A DNA stretch of 64,000 bases from Longimicrobiales bacterium. GTDB lineage: Bacteria > Gemmatimonadota > Gemmatimonadetes > Longimicrobiales > Gaopeijiaceae. Made by a program: the position numbers and the translations under genes. A model generated the notes under the pieces. The model was not told the origin of the DNA. It searched no databases and saw nothing but the letters and a program-made list of their open reading frames with translations. This document shows, one piece after another, positions 56,470 to 64,000 of this stretch (positions within the stretch are counted from its first letter, which is position 1; each line of letters opens with the position of its first letter). The stretch is taken from NCBI GenBank assembly GCA_965197725.1, contig CBDANQ010000052.1:1-64000 (forward strand), read 5' to 3'.

Positions 56470-56513
56470 ATTGGGACGTCCCCGCCACATCGCAACATGA
56501 GCCCCAGGTCGGA

Positions 56514-57644
56514 ATGTCCGATTCGGACGAGAAAGCAGAGCTAGACGGGCTCGCGCGCTCGATCGACGCACTTTTCTCCGGTGGTGACCCCGAGCCGGTG
56601 GAATACCTACCTGCGGCGGCCGGCGTCGATGACCCGGCGGTCGATGTTCCCGGGGTTGATGTTCCCGGGGTTGATGCCGATCCCGACACGTTGGCTTCCG
56701 CGCTCGACAGGTTCCTGGCGACGCCCCAGCTCGAACGCGACCGCCAGGCGAGCGAGATCCGGGAGTTGGTCACTGCACTTCGCGAGGCGAACGCACTCGA
56801 TCCACTCGCGAACGCCGTGGAGCGCCTCGTGCTCGAGGCAGGCGACGACGAGGAGAGCCTCACTCTTGCCCAGCTCATGGTCACCCCCCGTGTCGCGAGC
56901 CGCTTCGCAGTGCTGCTGGGCTCGGAACGCAACGAAGGACGGCGTGCTCAACTCACGCGAGTGTGTAAAGCGATCGGGCTCGAAATGGCGATCGCCATCT
57001 CCGATGCGCTCTCCGACACCACCGATCGTTTTGCCCGCCGGACGCTCATGGAAGCCATGATCGCCATGGGCACCACCGGGATGGTCGTGATCGAACAGAT
57101 GATCGAAGACAGTCGCTGGTTCGTTGTGCGAAACGGCCTTGCGATCCTGGGCGAGGTCGGCGGTGACCGCGCCGTCGAGCTCGTCACCAGTTCGCTGGCC
57201 CACACAGATGCCAGGGTACGCAAGGAGGCGCTGCTCGCGCTCGCCAAGGTCGGGGGAGAGGACGCCGGCATGCTCGTGTACGGCATGCTCGAAGACCCGG
57301 ATCCGGAAGCGCGCCTGGCAGCCGCGATGGCGGCGGGCGCGCTCAAGGTGGAACGGGCGCTCAAGCCGCTTTTGCGCCTACTGGCGGACGAAGATGACGC
57401 CGACCTGACGATCGGAGTCCTGCGCGCGTTGGGTCAGCTCGGTGACCCCGGGGCGGTGAGCTTGATCGAGAAGCGTGCAGTCGGCTCGTTCTTCTCGCGG
57501 CCGCCCACCGACGTGCGCATCGTCGCGTATCGTGCGCTTTTTAGCATCGGAACGCCGCACGCGCGCGAGCTGGTCGACCAGGCGGCCGACGACAAGGACC
57601 TCGAGGTGAAGGGCGCCGTGCGGGACATGCTGGGCGAGCGGTAG
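56514..57644 (+). CDS. HEAT-repeat protein
   Basis: WFVVRN, DARVRKEALLAL and DPEARLAAA repeats. Confidence 0.85.
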   Translation: MSDSDEKAELDGLARSIDALFSGGDPEPVEYLPAAAGVDDPAVDVPGVDVPGVDADPDTLASALDRFLATPQLERDRQASEIRELVTALREANALDPLANAVERLVLEAGDDEESLTLAQLMVTPRVASRFAVLLGSERNEGRRAQLTRVCKAIGLEMAIAISDALSDTTDRFARRTLMEAMIAMGTTGMVVIEQMIEDSRWFVVRNGLAILGEVGGDRAVELVTSSLAHTDARVRKEALLALAKVGGEDAGMLVYGMLEDPDPEARLAAAMAAGALKVERALKPLLRLLADEDDADLTIGVLRALGQLGDPGAVSLIEKRAVGSFFSRPPTDVRIVAYRALFSIGTPHARELVDQAADDKDLEVKGAVRDMLGER

Positions 57645-57678
57645 CGACGCTCTGCGCCGTACGCGGGTTCCCGCGCCG

Positions 57679-58809
57679 CTACACCATGCCGAAGATCCGA
57701 CCCAGCGCGGCGAAGAGGAGCGGGATCTCGCGGATCGTCTGAATCGGAGAAGGAAACGGATCCTGCGCGGAGTGCCCGAATAGCCGTGTAACCGTCGCGT
57801 AGGATTCCGCTTGGGGGTGCAACGCCTCTCGGAGCCGGTAGCCTTCTGAGAACGGGATGAGATGGTCGAATCGCCCATGAAGGACGTGGACCGGGCACGC
57901 GACCCCGGACAGCGCCTCGCTGGGGTCCATTTGCGGCTGCACGCGCTTTCCGCCCTCTGAGAGTAGCGCCGCGAGCTTGGCGCCCTCCTCGACGTCGGGC
58001 TCCCTGTCCGAGGGTGGCGCGATCAGATCGAAGAGCTCGCGACGATCGGGCGCGAGTCCCTTACCCATCTGGACCTTGGCCCGGTCGTACTGTGGGCTCC
58101 ATGCCGGGGCTCCGGTATCACCAGCGAGGGTGGCGAGTCGCCGGAGTGTGTCGGCCACGTCAACCGCTCCCTCGTAGCCGGCGGAGTCCGTGAGGTAGTT
58201 CGAGGCCACGATCCAACGGCCGTACGGGTCAGGTCGAAGAGAGATCGTGTCGCCGTTGTGCTCGTGTTGGCCGGTCATCATGAAGTGAATCGTCCGCCCG
58301 AGGTCACAGTATCCTCCGAAGCTCACCGCGCCCGCGACGTCGGCACGGAGCGCGGGGTCTCCCGCCGCCGCCACCGTGTGGGGCGCACTAAACGAGAATC
58401 CGACCAGCCCGAATGGACCCTCATGCACATCTGGAGTTGTCTGGAGAGAATCGATTGCGCTCCGGATGGTATGAGTGGTCAAATGTGGTGCCAGGTCGAG
58501 CTGTCGCCATTCGGGTACTTCTGGAATGATCACGGCGGCGCCCGTCGAGGCGACCGCGCGCGCGAACCGAACCAACTGGGCGTGCGCCCGGCCAGCCCGT
58601 GTGATCCCATGCATGACGACCCACCCGGGCAGCGGTGAGACCGAAGTCCGCGGTCGCAGAAGGGTCGCCGGAACGGTGGTGCCGTCTCGGTCCAGCATGA
58701 CCTCGTCCTGCAACAGGTCATCGCGGCGTGTCAGCCAGGTCCGAGCGTACCGGAGCGTTCGGGGAAACGAGAGTGCCATGGCGAAAGCTACCCGCGAGCC
58801 GACTCGCAT
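57679..58809 (-). CDS. Alpha/beta-hydrolase-fold hypothetical protein
   Basis: VVMHG, VGFSFSA, LHGRFDHLIP, LFGH. Confidence 0.7.
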   Translation of the reverse strand: MRVGSRVAFAMALSFPRTLRYARTWLTRRDDLLQDEVMLDRDGTTVPATLLRPRTSVSPLPGWVVMHGITRAGRAHAQLVRFARAVASTGAAVIIPEVPEWRQLDLAPHLTTHTIRSAIDSLQTTPDVHEGPFGLVGFSFSAPHTVAAAGDPALRADVAGAVSFGGYCDLGRTIHFMMTGQHEHNGDTISLRPDPYGRWIVASNYLTDSAGYEGAVDVADTLRRLATLAGDTGAPAWSPQYDRAKVQMGKGLAPDRRELFDLIAPPSDREPDVEEGAKLAALLSEGGKRVQPQMDPSEALSGVACPVHVLHGRFDHLIPFSEGYRLREALHPQAESYATVTRLFGHSAQDPFPSPIQTIREIPLLFAALGRIFGMV

Positions 58810-58994
58810 GGCCAGCAGGCGGACGACGTAGACGGACGGGAGGGATGACGTATGCGCGCCGCGATGGTCTCATTCCGAATGGAGGGGGTGGAGTCGTTGG
58901 CGCTCCAGCGTCACCTTTCGCGCACCGACCCGGTCCGGACGCGAGTGATCGGGGAGTACGTCGCAATGGCATTCCAGCGAGGGGATAGGTCAAG

Positions 58995-61199
58995 GTGGAG
59001 ACCCCGAAGGACGAGATGCACGAGTACCGACCCCCGTACGGCGCTGCCGCGATCGCGGGCGCATGTATTCTCATCCTGTATGTGATCACTCTGGCGCCCT
59101 CGACTACCTTCTGGGACACCAGCGAGTACATCGCCACGGCCCACATCCTGGGAATCCCTCACCCACCGGGGAATCCGCTCTTCGTCGTGCTAGCCAGGAC
59201 CTGGAGCCTGCTCTTGGCGCCTCTCGGGCTTCCCGTCGCCGTACGCATCAACCTGTTCGCTGCGGTGACCAGCGCGGGGGCTTCCGGCTTCCTGTTTCTG
59301 GTCGCGCACCGCGTGCTCTCCAGCTTCTTCGACGCACGACGGTTCGCGCTTGCGGGCGCCGCTGCCGCGGCGCTCATCGGCGCCACCGCGTTCACCGTTT
59401 GGGGCCAGTCTACTGTGAACGAGAAGGTGTACACGATCAGCCTGCTCGTCATCGCGGCCGTGAGCTGGCTCGCGGTGCGCTGGCGGGATCAGAAAGACGT
59501 CGCCGGCGGCGAGCGTTACCTGCTGCTAGCGATCTTCGTGATGGCGCTCGGTTCGACGAGCCACCTCATGTCGGTGCTACCGGCACCGGCGCTCGCGATC
59601 TTCATTCTGATGACCGCGCCGAGCGTCCTGCTCCGCAAGGGGTTCTTGGCGCGTGTGGTACCGCTCCTGCTTCTCGGATTGTCGTTCAATTTTGTGCTTC
59701 CGGTGCGGGCCGCGCTCGATCCGGTGATCAACGAAGGCGCTCCGACATGTGAGTCGGTGGCTGGCGCGGCTCAAGCGATTTATACGCTCGGAAGGTCGGG
59801 CTGTCAGATGTTGGCGGACAACCTGACTCGCAAGCAGTACCAGACGCCTCCCGTCACCCAGCGGAAGGCTCCCTTCCGATCCCAAATGGCGATGTACTTG
59901 GAGTACTTCGACTGGCAGTGGGCGCGGGGCGTCGACGCCTCGGAGCTTCCCGGAACGGCGAGGGTCCCGTTTACCCTGCTCTTCGGCGCGTTGGGAGCGC
60001 TGGGTCTGTACGCTGCCTGGAAGGCGGACCGGGCCATCTTTGCCTACCTACTCGTGCTTTTGGCGACCCTGTCAATCGGGCTCGTCATCAACCTGAACTT
60101 CAAGTACGGATACTCGCTGTCACCGGAGATCACCGACTCGTTACAGCACGAGGTGCGCGAACGGGACTACTTCTATGTCGGCAGCTTCCTGCTGTGGGGA
60201 TCGTTGGCGGGCATGGGCCTGGCTTGGGTCTGGCATACGATCGCGGGCATGGCAGGTGGCGTTCGCAGGTACGCTGCCGCGGCGCCGGTTCTGCTCGTCG
60301 CGGTGATCCCACTCATCATGAATTGGAGCTGGGCGTCCCGAGCCGGGGACTACGCTGCCCGCGACTGGGCGTTCGACCTGTTGATGAGCGTCGAACCCTA
60401 CGGTGTGCTCTTCACCAATGGAGACAACGACACGTTTCCGCTTTGGTACGTGCAAGAGGTCGAGGGCATCCGTAAAGACGTGACAGTCATCGTCGGTCAA
60501 TACTTGATGACTACGTGGTACCCGAAGCAGTTGCAGGCGCTGACCCGCCCCGACCGTCAGCGGATCTTCGATGTGGACATCGTTCCGGGGCTCTTCGCGG
60601 ATCCCGGCGTGCCGTCGGAGTCCATCGTCGACCTTTCGGGCGAACAGATGGATCGGGTCGCCGCGGCGCGTCTGCAAGAGGACCTGGCGATTCCCTTCCC
60701 TGGAATCGTGGTGCGTTATCCCGCCGATATGATCCTCGACCGCGGACACCAGCTCGCGCTCTCGATCATTCACGACTCGATCGACGAGCGTCCGATCTAC
60801 TTCGCATCGGCTGGAGGGATGATGGGCGAGTTGGGTCTCGAGCGGTGGGGCGTGCGTCACGGTCTTGTAGTGAAGCTCGAGATGCGGTCCCTCGACGCGC
60901 AGACCCCCGCCAACTGGGTACAGGGCAGCGCCGACTACGGTAGCACCTGGTTCGACCTCGACCGTTCGCTCGAGCTGTATGAGAACGTCTACGAATACCG
61001 GGGCATCCGGGACCGGGCCATTTGGCAGGACCGCTCCACGCTGAATATTCCCTGGCAGTACTTCGCGATGACGCTCCAGTTGGCAGACGCCGCAAGAGTG
61101 GCGGGACGGGACGCGGAGTTGGTGCGGCGTCTGGAGGAGGACTCACTCAACTTCCAGATCGTGGCGCAGGGGGGAGTGCGGGGGACGCCGGTCCAGTAG
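58995..61199 (+). CDS. DUF2723/TMEM260-like membrane glycosyltransferase
   Basis: FWDTSEY, GIPHPPGNP, EVRERDYF, FTNGDNDTFPLWY. Confidence 0.9.
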   Translation: METPKDEMHEYRPPYGAAAIAGACILILYVITLAPSTTFWDTSEYIATAHILGIPHPPGNPLFVVLARTWSLLLAPLGLPVAVRINLFAAVTSAGASGFLFLVAHRVLSSFFDARRFALAGAAAAALIGATAFTVWGQSTVNEKVYTISLLVIAAVSWLAVRWRDQKDVAGGERYLLLAIFVMALGSTSHLMSVLPAPALAIFILMTAPSVLLRKGFLARVVPLLLLGLSFNFVLPVRAALDPVINEGAPTCESVAGAAQAIYTLGRSGCQMLADNLTRKQYQTPPVTQRKAPFRSQMAMYLEYFDWQWARGVDASELPGTARVPFTLLFGALGALGLYAAWKADRAIFAYLLVLLATLSIGLVINLNFKYGYSLSPEITDSLQHEVRERDYFYVGSFLLWGSLAGMGLAWVWHTIAGMAGGVRRYAAAAPVLLVAVIPLIMNWSWASRAGDYAARDWAFDLLMSVEPYGVLFTNGDNDTFPLWYVQEVEGIRKDVTVIVGQYLMTTWYPKQLQALTRPDRQRIFDVDIVPGLFADPGVPSESIVDLSGEQMDRVAAARLQEDLAIPFPGIVVRYPADMILDRGHQLALSIIHDSIDERPIYFASAGGMMGELGLERWGVRHGLVVKLEMRSLDAQTPANWVQGSADYGSTWFDLDRSLELYENVYEYRGIRDRAIWQDRSTLNIPWQYFAMTLQLADAARVAGRDAELVRRLEEDSLNFQIVAQGGVRGTPVQ

Positions 61200-61256
61200 C
61201 CACGGGCTGCTAGCGTGAGGGGGGAACTCCGGTCTGACGCACGGGTGCAACCCACT

Positions 61257-62423
61257 ATGAGTCGTCCCGAGCTGTCCCGCGGCGAGCTGCATCGCTATGC
61301 CAGGCACATCGCGTTGCCCGAGGTCAGCCTCGAAGGGCAGCGACAACTCAAGGCCGGGCGCGTGCTTTGTGTGGGTGCAGGGGGGTTGGGGTCACCGCTG
61401 GCACTATACTTGGCCGCCGCGGGGGTCGGCACGATCGGTATCGTCGACTTCGACGAGGTGGACACGAGCAACCTCCAGCGCCAGATCTTACACGGCACCG
61501 GAGACGTTGGAAGGCACAAGTTGGACAGCGCCGCCGATCGGCTCCACGACGTCAACCCGCACGTCGACGTCGTCGGCCACTCCGAGCGTCTCACCTCAGA
61601 GAATGCACTCGAGATCCTGAAGGGGTACGACGTCGTCGTCGACGGTACGGACAACTTCCCGACCCGCTACCTCGTCAACGACGCCTGCGTGCTTCTGGGC
61701 ACTCCCAACGTCTACGGGTCCGTCTTCCGCTGGGAGGGGCAAGTCTCGGTGTTCGCCACGGAGGGTGGGCCCTGCTATCGCTGCCTGTTTCGCGAGCCGC
61801 CGCCACCGGGGCTCGTGCCCAACTGCGCCGAGGGTGGCGTCCTGGGGGTGCTCCCGGGGATCATCGGGTCGATGCAGGCTCTGGAGACGATCAAACTCCT
61901 GCTCGGTGAAGGCGTGGGTCTTGCAGGTCGCCTGCTGATCTTCGACGCCCTCGAAATGACCTGGCGTGAGATTGCGCTTCGGCGCAATCCGGATTGTCCG
62001 GTGTGCGGCGATGTGCCCACACAGACCGGTCTGATCGACTACGAGCTGTTTTGCGGAGTCACGCGTGTCGCCGAGCGCGCGGGTGATTCGGCGCAGGGCT
62101 TCGACGAGCTCGACGCCGCGTCGGTCGCCGCGCTCTTGGATTCTGACAGCCCTCCGTACCTGATCGACGTCCGAGAGCCGTGGGAGTGGGCGGTGAGCAG
62201 CCTTGCCGAGCGAGGGGCGCGGCTGATCCCACTCGCGGAATTGGGCGATCGCTTGGGCGAGGTACCCGAGCAGACCCCATTGGTGGTGTACTGCCGGAGC
62301 GGCCAGCGAAGCCAGAGCGCGGCGCGGCAGCTGGTCGCGGCCGGCTACGGTCCCGTGACCAACCTCTCGGGGGGGCTTCTCTCCTGGGCGGAGTCGGTCG
62401 AGCCCGGCCTACCGGTCGTCTAG
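61257..62423 (+). CDS. moeB: MoeB/MoeZ adenylyltransferase with C-terminal rhodanese
   Basis: RYARH, GAGGLG, SNLQRQ, DGTDNF, CYRC, CAEGGVLG, CPVC, CRSGQRS. Confidence 0.95.
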   Translation: MSRPELSRGELHRYARHIALPEVSLEGQRQLKAGRVLCVGAGGLGSPLALYLAAAGVGTIGIVDFDEVDTSNLQRQILHGTGDVGRHKLDSAADRLHDVNPHVDVVGHSERLTSENALEILKGYDVVVDGTDNFPTRYLVNDACVLLGTPNVYGSVFRWEGQVSVFATEGGPCYRCLFREPPPPGLVPNCAEGGVLGVLPGIIGSMQALETIKLLLGEGVGLAGRLLIFDALEMTWREIALRRNPDCPVCGDVPTQTGLIDYELFCGVTRVAERAGDSAQGFDELDAASVAALLDSDSPPYLIDVREPWEWAVSSLAERGARLIPLAELGDRLGEVPEQTPLVVYCRSGQRSQSAARQLVAAGYGPVTNLSGGLLSWAESVEPGLPVV

Positions 62424-62524
62424 CCACCCTCGCGTGCACCGGCACCGCTAGGTGATTCTTGCCGGCCCAACCTCGCCGACGCACACTTGAGCAGTAACTG
62501 AACACACGTTCCCAGGACGACTCA

Positions 62525-63043
62525 ATGCGACGTATCGCGCTTCTCGCGGTTGCTTCCCTCGCGCTACCCGCCGCCGTGACCGCCCAGGCTCGCCTCATGG
62601 TGGGTGGAGGAATCAGCAGTCCGAGCGGCGATTTCGCCGCCGACGTGGACACGGGCAGGCATGGCCGGGTCGGGCTTCAGGTTGGCGTGCCGGCGTTCCC
62701 GGTCTCCGTCAGGGCCGAAGGTGAAGTCCACAGCTTCTCCGAGGCGACCGGCGGTGATAGGGCCAATTTGATCAACGGCACCATCAGCGCGGTGCTCTCT
62801 TTGGGCGGAATAGGGCTCTCGCCCTACGTCATCGCCGGTGTGGGCAGCTACCGGTTCAAAGCAAGCGCGCCAGAAGCGGTTACGAACCGAGGCATCCATG
62901 GCGGCTTCGGCGCGAGCATCGGCGGGCTGGGACTTGGGGGGTTCGCGGAGGTCCGGCTGGTGAACATCGACGGAGACGGCGACGATAACGGAGACGGCGG
63001 CGATAGCCGGTATATCGCCGGCACCCTCGGGTTTCGTTTTTAG
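62525..63043 (+). CDS. Outer-membrane beta-barrel protein
   Basis: Signal peptide, PYVIAGVG, C-terminal GFRF. Confidence 0.85.
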   Translation: MRRIALLAVASLALPAAVTAQARLMVGGGISSPSGDFAADVDTGRHGRVGLQVGVPAFPVSVRAEGEVHSFSEATGGDRANLINGTISAVLSLGGIGLSPYVIAGVGSYRFKASAPEAVTNRGIHGGFGASIGGLGLGGFAEVRLVNIDGDGDDNGDGGDSRYIAGTLGFRF

Positions 63044-63609
63044 GGAAGCGTCTTCTGCTTTTGATAATGCCTCGCTGCCTTGGCGCGGTTTCCACACGTG
63101 GCCATCGAGCACCACCGCCGCCGCCCGTTCTTGCTGGTATCGAGGAACCAGAGCCCGCATCGGTCCGACCGGCATTGTCGGATACGTCGGCGATCGACCT
63201 CTGCGAGAAGCGTCGCGGCTACGAGCGCGATCGGTGAGAGTACGGCGAGGGGGGCAGGGGCCGTGTCTCGCTCGATCAACGCCAGCCGTTCCCCGGATTG
63301 AACCAGCTGCGCGGCGAAGCGACTCGCCTCTAGAACACGGTTGAGCGCGTACAGGCTGCGTGGAGGCACCGGCTCGCCGCGGACCTGCGCCTCGACGGCG
63401 GCGCGTATCGCATCTCGAAGTCGGTGCGCCTCATCGAACAAGAGTCGCGCGGCAGGTGGGGATACTTCGACGTCCATCCCGTAGGCGTCCAGGCCGACAC
63501 GGCCGAGCCACTCGCGCAGCTGCTCCGGGGTCGAAATGAGATCGGTCCTTCGGCTTCTCACGTACTTCCGGGTGTTCAAGAAGTCGAGGGCGACATTATG
63601 TGAGTCCAC
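63040..63609 (-). CDS. ABATE/CGNR zinc-finger regulator
   Basis: ALDFLNT, C..C..FLDTSKNGRRRWCSMATCGNRAK. Confidence 0.95.
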   Translation of the reverse strand: MDSHNVALDFLNTRKYVRSRRTDLISTPEQLREWLGRVGLDAYGMDVEVSPPAARLLFDEAHRLRDAIRAAVEAQVRGEPVPPRSLYALNRVLEASRFAAQLVQSGERLALIERDTAPAPLAVLSPIALVAATLLAEVDRRRIRQCRSDRCGLWFLDTSKNGRRRWCSMATCGNRAKAARHYQKQKTLP

Positions 63610-63820
63610 GTTCCACCGATCGGTTTTGCCTCTCTACTAACCGGTCATATAAGTAAAACAAGGTTAAATATCCAAACTAACCTTTTATTATTAGTTAGTA
63701 GGTTATAGTCCCGAGGAGCGCCAGCTTCGCCGGGCTCTGCGGCGACCGCACCGTAGGTCGTGACCCGGCTCGCCGGACTGTCGTCGGGACGGGCCGTTCG
63801 AGCTTGTCGGGGGGGGGGCT

Positions 63821-64000
63821 CTAAAGGTGGGACACGTCCGTGTGCGGCTCGAAGATGACCGCGTGGATGTCGGTATCTCCGATGTTCTCGACGGTGTGCG
63901 TCCACGCCTCGTGGTGCATGACATGCCCATCAGGAATGTCGGCCTCCATCGAGTCGTCACCTTCGTAAATGCGTACCTTGCCACCCTTGATGAAGTACAC
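63821..64000 (-). CDS. Cupin-like protein, C-terminal part (runs off the right edge)
   Basis: VYFIKGGKV...PDGHVMHHEAWTHTVENIGDTDIHAVIFE...* (TAG at 63821-63823). Confidence 0.7.
   Translation of the reverse strand: MYFIKGGKVRIYEGDDSMEADIPDGHVMHHEAWTHTVENIGDTDIHAVIFEPHTDVSHL

Overview
High-GC bacterial DNA. The gene repertoire (Ig/PPC/M8-like lipoprotein protease, BTAD regulators, DUF2723, small beta-barrel) suggests Gemmatimonadota, which is an inference. The left ~22 kb is a mobile/accessory region. It holds an IS256 inside a Tat-exported two-domain VOC gene and an IS21 element (4083-11250) whose istB is split by a ~5.07 kb tyrosine-integrase element. That element has an 11-bp att core, matching arm-like sites, an oriT-like hairpin and an MmeI-like RM gene with an in-frame TAG. 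Next comes a decayed integron-like cassette array whose attC sites have been hit by three different IS110/IS1111 elements, with guide-like matches visible in the non-coding ends of two of them. Further right are a probable selenoprotein (UxxC thioredoxin-fold domain fused to sulfide:quinone oxidoreductase, with a SECIS-like hairpin) and dapB-dapA-dapD followed by RuBisCO-like protein-cupin-mtnA (MTA-isoprenoid-shunt-like). A BTAD/ATPase regulator is split by an IS1182-like element. The pheA and leuABCD-cimA operons have attenuator-like leaders, and housekeeping genes follow. Several frameshifts fall in homopolymer or dinucleotide runs and may be sequencing errors. All family assignments come from motif recognition by eye, not from database searches.
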